64,000 nucleotides of DNA from the human T2T-CHM13v2.0 reference genome, Homo sapiens. The notes beneath the pieces were generated by a model. It ran no database searches, had not been told where the DNA came from, and saw only the letters and a program-made list of their open reading frames with translations. The stretch lies in NCBI RefSeq assembly GCF_009914755.1, contig NC_060940.1; one strand, given 5' to 3'. The position numbers and the translations under genes are program-made. Below are positions 48,175-64,000 of this stretch, one piece after another. The first letter of the stretch is position 1, and every line of letters starts with the position of its first letter.

Positions 48175-48559
48175 GACCAGTGCTGGTTTTGTTGGACTTC
48201 CTGGCTTCTCTTTCATGGTCTGTCCTGACATGTGGAGGCACTCGGTCCCTTTCCTTCCGCCCTCCTTCTTAGATATGCTCTTGGAAGCTTAATTCCTTAC
48301 AGCAGAGGTTAGCAGCCTTGAGTGACCACCGGGCAGCGATTCTAAACTAAAACAGGCTGAACGAGGGCCAGGAAGGCGGGACTAGAGAGAGTGCAGAGCT
48401 GCAGGGGAGGGGGTGGCAGAAACAAGAAAGGGGGATAGAAGTCCTCCAGACATTGTCCTGTGACCTGCTTGTCGAGGAGGAAACTGTTGGAAGTCTCCCA
48501 GTCTTGTTCATCCTGCGCCAGGTCCACCGCCTCGACTTTTCAATCCCCTGTCCTTAGCC

Positions 48560-49600
48560 CCAGCTCAAACTACATTCTAGGATCTTCGGACTCTGACTAC
48601 CGCAAAATACCTCCCCGGAGCCCCAGGCATCGCAGGAATTTAGAGTTGGAAGGGATCCTGGGAACCCTTTAGCGCGCCCCTTATATTTCAGGAGGGGAAG
48701 CCACTTCCCTTTGGCTCCAACATCCCTGGGCGCAGATGCCAGGATTGGGAAGCAGAGGAATCCGCCTTCCCCCCACCCCAAGCTTCTCAGATCAATTCCC
48801 GGTCTAGCTCCCTTTCTCCCAGACCTCCAGACTCGAAGCCTCTATTTTAGGGCTCTGGGCGGAACCAGGGACGGGCCAGACTCAAGAGCTTTTTAAAAAC
48901 GAAATGAAGGTGTTAGACCCGCGGCGCAGTCTCCAGGAAAAGCCTCCACGCGCAGAGGGGAGGGCCCTCCGGGGGAGGGTGCGCGGGGCGGGGGCGCGCG
49001 GGGGGAGGGGGTTCCCGGGGTGCTGAGCGGGGGCGGGGGTGCGCGGGGCGGGGGCGCGGCTAGGAGGCGCCGCACAGCAATCAGACGCGGCTCAGGGTGC
49101 GCGCGGGGAGCTGGAGGGCGCAGTTCTGGACCTTTTCGGTGTTCTCTCTAACGCGGGAAAAGTTTGGGGCCCAGAGGGATTGCTCCTCGTTCCAACCTCC
49201 AGCAAGCTTTCCTCTGGGACTTGTGAACCGACTGTTGTTTTGTAGGTCTCTGCAGCCTGGATCAGGGTGGAAAGGGAACCCGCTCAGTGTCCCCAGCGGT
49301 GCTTCCAACCCTGGGGTGTGGTCGGCCCTAGATCCAGCTTGGGAGAGTGGCGCCTCCCAGGGAAGCAGGCGGCGAGCTCCTCTGGGTTGGGGTCGGTGGT
49401 CCAGGCAGAGTCTGGGGCCTTCTCCACGGCACCTCTCAGGAAATCTCAGTCTGTGAGTGAGGACCAGAGCCCGCTCAGGCGGGACAGTAGTCGGCAGCCT
49501 CACCTTTGCAAGAGAGACCTGGCCTGGTGTGTGTGGGTGGAGGAAAGTGAGTGGGGGACGCTAGGAGAGCGCACAGCACAACGCTCCGGTGCCTTATGCA
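48560..49600. promoter_or_regulatory. Orphan CpG/GC-rich island downstream of AHSP
   Basis: CpG-rich core 48910-49160 with clustered GGGGCGGGG boxes. Confidence 0.65.
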
Positions 49601-49609
49601 GAATGGCGA

Positions 49610-49862
49610 AATGTTTGCATGTAACCCACGCACATCTCTTCGTGGACTTCACATCATGGCTAGATTACTTACAATACCGACTACAACGTCAATGCTGTGC
49701 AAATAGTTGTTACACTGTATTATTTAGGGAGTAACGACAAGAAAAAAAGCCTGTACATGTTCAGTACAGAGGCAACCATCCATTTTTCTCCCCAAATATT
49801 TTCCATCCTTGGTTGGTTGAATCCACAGATGCGGAACCCACAGATACGGAGGGACCACTGTA
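49610..49862 (+). mobile_element. Tigger3-like DNA transposon fragment
   Basis: 3' end GGTTGGTTGAATCCACAGATGCGGAACCCACAGATACGGAGGGACCACTG-TA. Confidence 0.7.
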
Positions 49863-50404
49863 TTTGTCTTTCAGCTTAGCTGAAAAGAATGTTAGAAGCC
49901 GCTTTGGCTCAATTCATGAAGAGGAATTTTCCATACCTTTATAACTATCCAGCTATGGGAGCTGCTGAGCTAAGCACTTCTCAGGTGCTCAAAGGAAAAT
50001 GACCAATTACAGGTGTAAGGTAGAAAAGATTCTCACTGGGAAGTTCAACATTGAAACTCCATTCCGACCATTCCATAAGCTTGTGCAATTGAGAAGCTGC
50101 AAAAAATATTTTTAAGACAGAAAAATCTGTTACCTGCACTTTCTGCTCTCATATTACTATCAACGAAGTGACTGGTTATAAATCTACAAGAAGTAAAATT
50201 GGGGATATTTTGATTTTTCAGAGACGGTGATATGAACCTGATGGTTCATAATAATAAAAATAAAATAACTAAAGCAGAGAGTGCCCCAAATCCATTACTG
50301 TTCCTGAAGGAAAATAAATTAGAATTAGTAAGAATAACCTTCTTTTGCTTAGCAGTATCTGAATTAATACTAGAAATAAGATTGTAAATAAATGGTAAAA
50401 CATT

Positions 50405-51815
50405 ATAGCCATAACCCTGCCCTTATCCTCACCCTCATATTGAACCTGACCTAGAGCTGACCCTGAACTTGAGCCTCACCTCTAGCTTCATCTTGCCCCT
50501 GATCATAATGGACACCTTGCCCTCACAATGACCCTGACTCTCACACTGACATTGCCTCTCATTCTCATTCTTATACTGATCCTGATGCTGAATTGGACCC
50601 TAAACTTTACCTGATCCTAATTTTCACCCTGTCTCTGACCCTCAACCTGAATCCTACCCTGACCCTTACCCTGAAATTGACCTTCACTGACCCTTCCCTT
50701 AGCATGATGTTGACTCTGACCCTCACTATGACCCTGACCCTTGATCCTCAACTTGACCTAGACAGTGATCATAATTATGACTTTTTTTTTTTTTAAAGAG
50801 GCAGGGTCTTGCTCTGTCACCCAGGCTGTAGTGCAGTGGTGCCAGCATGGCTCACAGCAACTTTGACCTCCAGAGCTCAAGCGATCCTCCTACCTCAGCT
50901 TCCTGAGTAGCTGGGACCACAGGTGCATGCCACTATGCCTGGCTATTTTTTTTTGTATTTTTTGTAGAGATGGGGTCTCACTATGTTGTCCATGCTGGTC
51001 TTGAACCCCTGGCCTCAAGCAAGCCTCCCACCTTAGCCTCCCAAAGCACTGGGACTACAGGTGTGAGCCACTGCACCTGGCCTTTAACCATGACTCTTGA
51101 CCCTGAAGCATACACTCTCACCTTGACTCTGACCTTGCTCTCGTTCTGACACCACCCCCTCCTTCACACCTGAGCCTTACCCTGGTGCTCACTCTCACCT
51201 TGCATCTGACTGTGACACTCACCAGACCCTGATCCTGACTGTCACTTACACACTCTATCTCGTTCTCACCCTGACCCTGATTCTGTACTTGACCCGGACC
51301 CTCACTTTTGCCTTCAGTTTTAGCATCACCCTTAATCCCAACCGAACATTGAAGCTAACCCTACAGTGGCACTCAACTTGACCCTCCCCTGGCCTGGAAA
51401 TCTTAATGTCACCATAACCCTCATCATGACCATAAATCTGACCCTTACCTGACCCTGACTCTGCTGCTTACTTTCCACTGACCCTGACTTGACCCTTATG
51501 GTCTCCTTGATCCTGACCTCACCCTGACTCTATAAGGACCCTTATCCATACCTTCACCATGTCCTTGAACCTGCTGTGAATCTGAAACTTATGCTGAGCC
51601 TGAACTACACACTCAGCCTGACCCTGGCACTAAGTCTTTCTCACTCTGTGATGAACTCTGACCCTGAAACTGACTCTGACCCTCGCCCTGACCCAGGCTT
51701 TGAATGTTTGCCTCACACTCCTTATCCTCACTCTGACACTGACCCCCACTCTGATCCTCACGATGACTCTCAGCTGGACTTTGACCCTGGAACATGACCC
51801 TTACCCTCATCAAGA
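50405..51815. repeat. Degenerate (CCCTGA)n/(TGACCC)n hexamer tract, interrupted by an Alu
   Basis: Dozens of TGACCC/TGACTC/TCACCC/TGATCC units, largely in 6-nt register. Confidence 0.85.
50783..51082 (-). mobile_element. AluJ inserted in the hexamer tract
   Basis: Alu motifs; flanked by ATGACT. Confidence 0.9.
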
Positions 51816-52038
51816 CTCAGCAATTTGCTCACACCTGTAGTCCTGGCACTTTGGGAGGCTGAGTTGAGAGGATCACTTGAGGTCAGGCATTTGAGACTAG
51901 CCTGGGCAACACAGCAAGACACCCCACCCCCATCTGTACAACAAAATATTCACATTGCATTACAAATGTCTGCTACATCATTGTAGTAAATTCTTTCTTT
52001 TTACTCCTATTAGTAGCTGCAACACGTTCTTATGATAA

Positions 52039-55965
<3,927 letters not shown>

Positions 55966-55989
55966 TAACATCTGAGCCTCAAAATCTAC

Positions 55990-57000
55990 AAGGAGGAGGA
56001 CTTTGCTTCTCAATGTCATTTTTCTAAAGGGAGCCGGGAGCCAAGTGTATGGCTTTCTTCCCTTGTTGCCTGCAGTCCTGAGCGGTTAGTGAGCCTGGCC
56101 AGGAAGGACTCAGGTGCCCACATCCTCTTCTAAACACAGCCAGAAGTCCATTAGGGTTGAGAATTATCACGTCATTTTCCATCACAAGATTTTTATCAAA
56201 TCTATTTAAAAATTTTTGGTTTGATTAAAAAAACCCTTTGAAGTCCAAAAACAAGTTTCAAAAATCTAGTTGGTAAAATACAACGATGTCAAGATTGCAA
56301 TGGGTAGGCGAAGTCCCAGGATTTGAGAGCAGGAGGAGCGCGTTCCTGGGCTGCGGTCCTGTCCTCTGGCTGTGGCCTTTCCAGGCTCCCAAGGCTGCGC
56401 AAAGGCTGCCCACCCAAGGCAAGGTGGGGGCTGCGGGGCCGCTCCTGGACGGAAGCGCGGCCTCCTAGGCCTCGTTTTCTGTTCCTAGATGTGAGTCCAA
56501 TCCCACTAGGAAGGTCAGGTTCAAAAGGTTTGCCAAAGCAAAGCTGCGAACACTTCCGCCTCAGAAGCACACTCCTGTATAAGAAAAACAAGGGTATGTG
56601 TGTGTGTGTGTGTGTGGGGGGGGGGGTATCCATTTGAGAGCAAAGGAGCCAAGACGTGACGTTAGGTGACAATTTAAGTGTACTGTACAATTCACCGACC
56701 TCGATGCCTCCCGGCCGCCCTTTAACTGATCTGTGGGAACTCCAGCATGCCCCGGGCCGCGCCCCAGGGCGCCCCCAGAGCCCATCGCCCCAAAGTCCTG
56801 CAGCCAGGACGCTGTCACCAGGGCCGGCGCCTCTCAGTTCCCACTCCGCGACTCCCTGGCCAGAGCCCAGGAGCAGCCGGGCCCAGGCCGCGCCCCCGGC
56901 GTTTCCCCGCGGAGGTCATGAGGTCCCCACGGCCCAGGCCCCGTCCCCGGACAGCCCCGGGTGCCCCAGGAGCTCCGGCCGCAGCTCACCTGGGACCGGC
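55990..57000 (+). repeat. Duplicated unit, copy C (older, CpG-retaining)
   Basis: Colinear blocks shared with copy A: AGCCAAGTRTATGGCTT, TTTTTATCAA, GTTTCAAAA, GGAAGGTCAG/AGAAGGTCAG, TGTACAATTCAC, TGTGGGAAC, CCAGAGCCCAG, CTCACCTG. Confidence 0.75.
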
Positions 57001-57310
57001 CTCCCGTGGAGCCACCCCTTGCCCAGCCGCCCCCAAGTTCCCGCAGGAGGAACTGGCGACAGACACGTCCAGCCCGCAGCCGCCGGCCGCACCGGCGCTG
57101 CACTAACTGGGACGCGCCCCGGGGCCGCGCTGGCTCGGACCCGCCCAGACCCCCGCTCCTCCATTGCCGCCCAGCGGGGATCGCGGCGCGCTGCCCTCCC
57201 TTCCTGGGTTCCCGGGGCTGAGCTTCCTGGGAGGTCCGCACACCCCCAACCGCCCGATGCAAATTAAGGAGATTCCGATTCCAGAGCCTGAGGACACCGC
57301 TGGGGGTCAT
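56330..57310. promoter_or_regulatory. Orphan CpG island with a minus-strand first-exon-like donor
   Basis: High CpG density; minus-strand CAG|GTGAGC at 56990/56989; ATGCAAAT 57257-57264; TGACGT about 56657. Confidence 0.7.
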
Positions 57311-57769
57311 GGGAAGGTCACGCTGTTGATTCTGGTGATGGCTTCAGGAGGTATTCAACTTCATCACATTTTGCACGTTGAATATATGCGGTTATTGGTA
57401 TTCCATTTTACCTCAATAAAGCTGCTTTAAAAAAATTCTGTACATGTTGTTTGGCAGACTTTGGGAAATAGAGGACTGTACATTTCTAGCCATTAGCATA
57501 TTGAGTCAGAGGACAAGTCCATGTAAAATAGTTATGTGTATTTCCAAATTACCACCTTAAGTGTTTGAGCTAATTTTTTTTTCTTTCTCCAGTAAGGAAC
57601 CATGGTATCATTTTTTTCCACTGACTGGCTCAAGGATATTAAGTTTTTTTTTAATTCGTTTTTAAAATTCTTTAATGCTAACCTAGTAGGCAAAAAAGAA
57701 AAAAACGATGATCTATTTTTTTCCATGACTTTCATGGTAAGTGAAGGTGAACATCTTTCCATATCTGTG

Positions 57770-58500
<731 letters not shown>

Positions 58501-59112
58501 ACATGGACAATTAACAAGAACTTTAAGTTGTGAGAACTTTTAATTACAGGGATATTACTCACTTGGAAACGGAGGCTCACAAAGTTGCCAAACCACATGG
58601 CCAGTACGTGGGTATATGGAGTGTTAATTCAGACATGGTTTGGCCTCATAGATGCCATTCTGTGACTATCAGGAGTCCCTGCCATACTGAAAACCCCTAA
58701 TCCTGATCAAGGAAACCAAGCTTCAAGGGATGTGGGGACCTGGAGACAGGTGAGATGCAGGGGGGTTGTTACCAAAGGCATGATCGGGCATGTGCCGCCC
58801 ATGTCTCTTTGTAGGGTGGAGTTGGCTGAGAGTAGGCAGCAGTGGTGTAACTGATGGCAGAGCAGACAGATCATCCGGGGTGAGCAGCCACTGCCGGCTG
58901 AGCTTGGCTTGGCTCTTTCTGGGCTCTGGTGAGGGAGGTCTCAGTAGGAACTCCCACAAGGGTGGACCCTGGAGGCAGCATCCAGGCTGGAGGATTTGGG
59001 GACACCCTGAGGATGAGACAGCAGCCCCAAAGCATACTCTAGGAGTAGCTCTGGCTCTGGCACTTTCTTGGAACTTCCTCTATACTTTGTGAACTTTACA
59101 TAATTGTTTAAC

Positions 59113-59621
59113 TGCTGAGGATAGGCCCCCAAATCTGGCCATAAACTGGCCCCAAAAGTGGCCATAAACAAAATTTCTGCAGCACTGTGACATGTTTGTG
59201 ATGGCTGTGACACCTATGCTGAAGGTTGTGGGTTTACCGGAATGAGGGCAAGGAACACCTGGTCCACCCAGGGTGGAAAACTGCTTAAAAGCATTCCTAA
59301 ACCACAAACAATGGCATGAGCGATCTGTGCCTTAAGGACATGTTCCTGCTGCAGATAACTAGCCAGAGCCCATCCCTTTGTTTCGGCCCATCCCTTTATT
59401 TCCCGTATGGAATACTTTTAGTTAATCTATAATCTATAGAAACAATGCTTATCACTGGCTTGCTGTCAATAAATATTTGGGTAACTCTCTGTTCAGGGCT
59501 CTCAGCTCTGAAGGAGTAAGACCCCTGATTTCCTACTCCACATGCTATATTTCTGGGTGTGTGTCTTTAATTCCTCTAGCGCTGCTGGGTTAGGGTCTCC
59601 CTGACCAAGCTGGTATTGGCA
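59113..59621 (+). mobile_element. 5' LTR (MER9)
   Basis: Direct repeat of 62286-62793; contains AATAAA; ends GGCA before the PBS. Confidence 0.92.
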
Positions 59622-59771
59622 AGTGGCACCCAATGTGGGGACTCGAACCCAGGTTGAAGGATCACCGGAGTGAGGGTTGGAGAACGTGGAACTAAGTTGG
59701 AGGACACCCGAGTACTCTTAAGCAATCCCCATGGTGAGTAAGAAGGGGAGCTTGGAAGCATCAGAGTAACA

Positions 59772-60290
59772 ATGGGACAAGTGTGGGCTCTGGTTTGTTC
59801 CACCTTGGAACACTCATGATGAGGAGGAAGGAAAGTATAACGAAGTAACAGAGGAGATGACAGAGCAGGTTTGTTTGCCAGCTAAAGCTAAAGCAGCAAA
59901 GGAGGGAGAGGTTCATCCCTGCCCTTCTGCACCCCCTCATTATTTTGAAGAAAAAGAGTGGCCTGACCCCCCAGATCTTTCTTTTCGGGCAGACACTGGG
60001 CAAAAAGTAGTTGCCCCAGTGACTGTTTGAGCAGCACCTTGAGCGACTGCTCTCAGTTCTATTCAGGCAGGAATTCAGAAAGCTAGACAAGAGGGTGATA
60101 TAGAGGCTTGGCAGTTTCCCTGTTAGAATACACCCCCCAGATCAACAGGGAGATATTACAGCTACATTTGAGTCTTTTCCTTTTAAATTCGGAAAAAGGC
60201 ATGAGGGGCCAGTCCTGGGCCCTGTTCCAAACTGTGACATTTCCAGCTCAGGCCATTCCCTAACCCCCGTACAATGTCTGTCACCTGCCA
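59772..60290 (+). pseudogene. Disrupted, deleted gag remnant
   Basis: ATG GGA CAA GTG (MGQV, myristoylation-type start) after the PBS leader; frameshifts and stops follow. Confidence 0.7.
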
Positions 60291-61115
60291 CAGCCAGGAG
60301 TGCCGCAGTAGATTTATGCTGCACAAAAGCTGTGAGCCTTCTGCCTGGGGAACCCCAAAAAAAGTTCCAACAGGGGTCTGTGGACCCTTGCCAGCAGGGA
60401 TGATAAGATTACTTCTACGCAGGTCTAGTTTAAATTTAAAAGTAGTGCAAGTACAAACAGGAGTCATTGATTCAGATTACAATGAGGAAATTCAAATTGT
60501 TATATCTACTTCTGTTCCCTGGAAAGCAGAGCCAGGAGAGTGTATAGCACAACTCCTGATTGTGCCATATGTAGAAATGGGGAAAAGTGAAATTAAATGA
60601 GCAGGAGGATTTGGAAGCACAAATAAACAAGGCAAAGCAGCTTATTAGATGGATCAAATTACTGATAAACATCCTACCTATGAAATAACTATCCAGGGAA
60701 AGAAATTTAAAGGTTTGATAGATACAGGAGTGGACATTTCAATCATTTCTTTGCAGCACTGGCCATCAATGTGGCCAATTCAACTCGCTAAATTTAACAT
60801 AGTTGGATTTGGTAAAGCCCCTGAAGTATATCAAAGTAGTTATATTTTGCATTGTGAGGGGCCTGATGGACTACCTGGGACTATTCAACCAATTATAACT
60901 TCTGTACCTATAAATTTATGAGGGAGAGATTTATTACAACAATGGGGAGCACAAGTTCTAATTCCAGAGCAATTATACAGCCCTCAAAGTCAACATATGA
61001 TGCATGAAATGGGGTATGTCCCTGGTATGGGACTAGTAAAAAATTTGCAAGATTTGCAGGAACCGCTTCCAGCAGAAAGACAAAGTTCCCACCAAGGTTT
61101 AGGATATCATTTTTG
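60290..61115 (+). pseudogene. Betaretroviral dUTPase-protease remnant with G-patch
   Basis: dUTPase motifs (RSSLNLK, GVIDSDYNEEI), protease LIDTGVDISII (DTG at 60721), G-patch-like HEMGYVPGMGL about 61003; in-frame stops. Confidence 0.88.
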
Positions 61116-62270
61116 ATGGCGGCCATTGTTAAGACTCCAGAACCTATACCTTTAAAATGGTTAACAGATAAGCCAATTTGGATAGAACAACGGCTGCTAA
61201 GAGAAACTGGAGGCTTTAGAGGACTTAGTTACTGAACAATTAGGAAAAGGACACATAGCTCCAACATTTTCCCCTTGGAATTCTCCAGTTTTTGTAATTA
61301 AGAAAAAATCAGGTAAATGGAGAATTTTAATTGATTTAAGAGCCATTAATTCAGCTATACAACCTGTGAGAGCATTACAGCCAGGATTCCCTTCTTCTGC
61401 TATGGTTCCAAAAAATTGGCCTTTAATAGTCATAGATTTAAAAGGCTGTTTCTTTACTATTCCTTTAGCTGAGCAAGACTGTGAATGGTTTGCATTTACG
61501 ATTCCTGCAGTAAACAACCTGCAGCCTGCTAAGCATTTTCACTAGAAAGTGTTGCCACAAGGCATGTTAAACAGTCCAACAATTTGCCAGACTTATATAG
61601 GGCAAGCAACTGAACCTACTTGTAAAAAATTTTCACAGCGTTACATTATTCATTATATGGATGATATACTTTGTGTTGCCACCACTCTAGAAATATTACT
61701 CCAATGTTATGATCACTGGATTGGAGCACAGTGTTGGAGCATAGTGTGCCATGGCCACCCTATGTTCAACTGGTCTAAACAAAATGGTCAGATGGTAGAA
61801 ATGGTAAGAAGTACAGCAAGAGTTCCTATTATATTGAAACATGGCAGTATAGTGGCACCTCAACCTCAGATGATATGGCCCGCTATAGGAGCTAAACATA
61901 AGGATTTGTGGAAACTATTAATGGTTCTTAGTAAGATCAAAATTTGGGAAAGAATAAAAAAGGATCTAGAAGGACACTCTACAAATTTGTCTTTGGATAT
62001 TGCAAAATTAAAAGAACAAATATTTAAAGCATCCCAGGCACACCTGACCGTAATGCCAGGAACTGCAGTGCTTGAAGGAGCTGCAGACGGATTAGCAGCT
62101 ATTAACCCATTAAAATAGATAAAGACACTTGGAGGCTCTGTGATTTCAATGGTGATTGTGCTTTTAATCTGTGTTGTTTGTTTTTGTGTAGTCTGCAGAT
62201 GTGGATCCCGACTCCTGTGAGAAGTAGCTCACCGTGATAAAGCCACCTTTGCTTTTATTGCCCTGCAAAA
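61116..62270 (+). pseudogene. Truncated pol (RT) joined to 3' env remnant
   Basis: [41 protein letters not shown] at 61654-61665, then env TM-like [27 protein letters not shown]. Confidence 0.88.
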
Positions 62271-62285
62271 ACAAGAAGGGGGACA

Positions 62286-62793
62286 TGCTGGGGATATCCC
62301 CCAAATCTGGCCATAAACTGGCCCCAAAAGTGGCCATAAACAAAATCTGCAGCACTGTGATTTGTTTGCGATGGCCATGACACCCATGCTGAAGGTTGTG
62401 GGTTCACCGGAATGAGGGCAAGGAACACCTGGCCCACCCAGGGTGGAAAACCTCTTAAAGGCATTCCTAAACCACAAACAATGGCAGGAGTGATCTGTGC
62501 CTTAAGGACATGTTCCTGCTGCAGATAACTAGCCAGAGCCTATCCCTTTGTTTCAGCCCATCCCTTTGTTTCCCATAAGGAATACTTTTAGTTAATCTAT
62601 AATCTATAGAAACAATGTTTATCACTGGCTTGCTGTCAATAAATATTTGGGTAACTCTCTGTTCAGGGCTCTCAGCTCTGAAGGCTGTGAGTCCCCTGAT
62701 TTCCCACTCCACATGCTATATTTCTGTGTGTGTGTCTTTAATTCATCTAACCCCACTGGGTTAGGGTCTCCCCCGACTGAGCTGGTCTTGGCA
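62286..62793 (+). mobile_element. 3' LTR (MER9)
   Basis: Preceded by the purine tract AAGAAGGGGGACA; followed by the TSD TTTAAC. Confidence 0.92.
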
Positions 62794-63294
62794 TTTAACC
62801 AACCAGAATTTTGAAAGTAATGTTTATATATTTAAAAAGTTTTTTAAAATCAAACCCAATTTTAAAAATTAACTTGATAAAAATTTTGTGATGGAGAAAG
62901 ATGTAGATGATTTTTAAACCTAATTTGTTTTGGTCAGTATTTAGAAGACTGCTGTGTGCACTTGAGCCCCTTCTTCACTGGACATTGCTGGTTATTCTGG
63001 ACACTATGAGAATGAAGGATAGAAGCCATGTACTTGGCTATTGGCTCTTGTGGAAATGTAAAAAAATGTGAGGGAAATACCTCCTGCTTTTCCTCTTCTC
63101 TTATGTTTCGTAGGGGTAATAACCCTGTCCCCATATAACAGGCACAGTTACCAATAGCGACCTCATCAGCCTCACAGACGGGTCCCTTTCTGGCCCTCAA
63201 ACCCCATTCTGGCCTCACCTCATCCTCCCAACAATGTCACCTACCATGTTCCTCCCACCTAAGGTATTCCAAGCTCATGTTCATTGTGGTCATG

Positions 63295-63700
63295 TTTTTT
63301 AAAAAAACTTTAGGCAAATTAAGTTGAACAGGATTTAATTGAGCAAAGAATGACTTGCAAACCAGGCAGCTCCCTTAACCAGAATAGGTTCAGAGAGACT
63401 CCATGCTGCTGTGTGGTTGGAGAGGATTTATGGACAGAATCAAGAAAGTGACATACAGAAAAAAGTACAGAAGTGAGCTGCAGAAACAGCTGCATTGGGT
63501 ATAGCTTGGCATTTATCTTATTTGAACATGATGTGAACAATTGGCCGTCTTTGATTGGCCAAAGCTCAATGATTGGTACAAGAGCAGGCCATAGTCTATC
63601 TATACATCCAGGTAAGTTACAGTTAACTAGGTAGAGAGAAACTTTTAGGCCAAACTTAAAATATATAAGAAGACAGGTTTAGGCTAAACTTAATTTAACA
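63295..63700 (-). mobile_element. MER57-like ERV1 LTR
   Basis: Minus strand begins TGTTAAATTAAGTTTAGCCTAAA, preceded by a purine tract; partial paralog at about 39706-39998 (+). Confidence 0.7.
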
Positions 63701-63832
63701 ATCTCCTCTTTTGGTCAAACTCTCAATTTTGTGTGTGACCAAAACTTAGGGCTTTAGTGCTACTCTGAGTCACTATCATGTTGGGCTTCTGGTCTCAGCA
63801 AATACATTCATAGATTGTGTTGTTTTCATGAT

Positions 63833-64000
63833 TGTAAAAAGTAAAGTAGAGGTTCCTCTTCAAAGATTTTCCTCCCCATTTAATTAGGAATAAATAGTAA
63901 CTTCCCTTAGAAGCAAAATTTATTCAAAGACCTGTGCTAACATTCTTAAATATCTGCTAGCCATGATAAAGAAATCAATGTACTTTGTGTTCTTAGCTCC
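63833..64000 (+). mobile_element. Start of an ERV1 LTR (LTR6-like), truncated by the window edge
   Basis: TGTAAAAAGTAAAGTAGAGGTTCCTCTTCAAAG...; family name from recall. Confidence 0.55.

Larger units (their letters stand above)
59113..62793 (+). mobile_element. Internally deleted HERV-K(HML-3)/HERVK9 provirus with two MER9 LTRs
   Basis: 5'LTR 59113-59621 and 3'LTR 62286-62793 (both TG...CA); 6-bp TSD TTTAAC at 59107-59112 and 62794-62799; tRNA-Lys PBS at 59624; PPT before 62286; gag, dUTPase-protease, RT and env remnants. Confidence 0.93.
58616..63582 (-). repeat. Duplicated unit, copy B (inverted, split by the provirus)
   Basis: For example the frame RPPSPEPRKSQ.KLSRQWLLTPDDLSAL.SVTPLL occurs at 41290 (+) and 58959 (-). 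Confidence 0.9.

Noticed and set aside
50593-50796. Thr-Leu repeat ORF
   Set aside because: Translation of the (ACCCTG)n tract.
56656-57310. Several 120-200 aa Pro/Arg/Gly-rich ORFs
   Set aside because: Expected from stop-codon scarcity in a CpG island; overlapping in multiple frames.

Overview
Primate (human-like) genomic DNA, recognisable from its proteins as the SLC5A2-RUSF1(C16orf58)-AHSP locus (human 16p11.2, from established knowledge). Three genes reconstruct exon by exon with GT-AG introns: SLC5A2/SGLT2 (+, 14 coding exons, 2524-9928, 672 aa), RUSF1 (-, 13 exons, 27766-10228, 468 aa) and AHSP (+, 47533-48084, 102 aa). RUSF1 and SLC5A2 converge, and the RUSF1 3'UTR probably overlaps SLC5A2 exons 13-14 in antisense. 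The rest is dense in Alu, LTR and DNA-transposon sequence. It includes four HERV-K-class insertions, each with an intact target-site duplication (TSD): LTR5, LTR3, MER11 and a deleted MER9/HML-3 provirus. The least expected structure is a promoter/first-exon-like unit present three times around AHSP (about 39.7-41.7 kb, about 56.0-57.0 kb, and inverted at about 58.6-63.6 kb). One copy is still a CpG island, two are CpG-decayed, and one preserves the empty site of the provirus. I found no convincing wholly new biological system. Repeat family names come from recalled consensus sequences and need RepeatMasker/Dfam confirmation; Alu boundaries are approximate.
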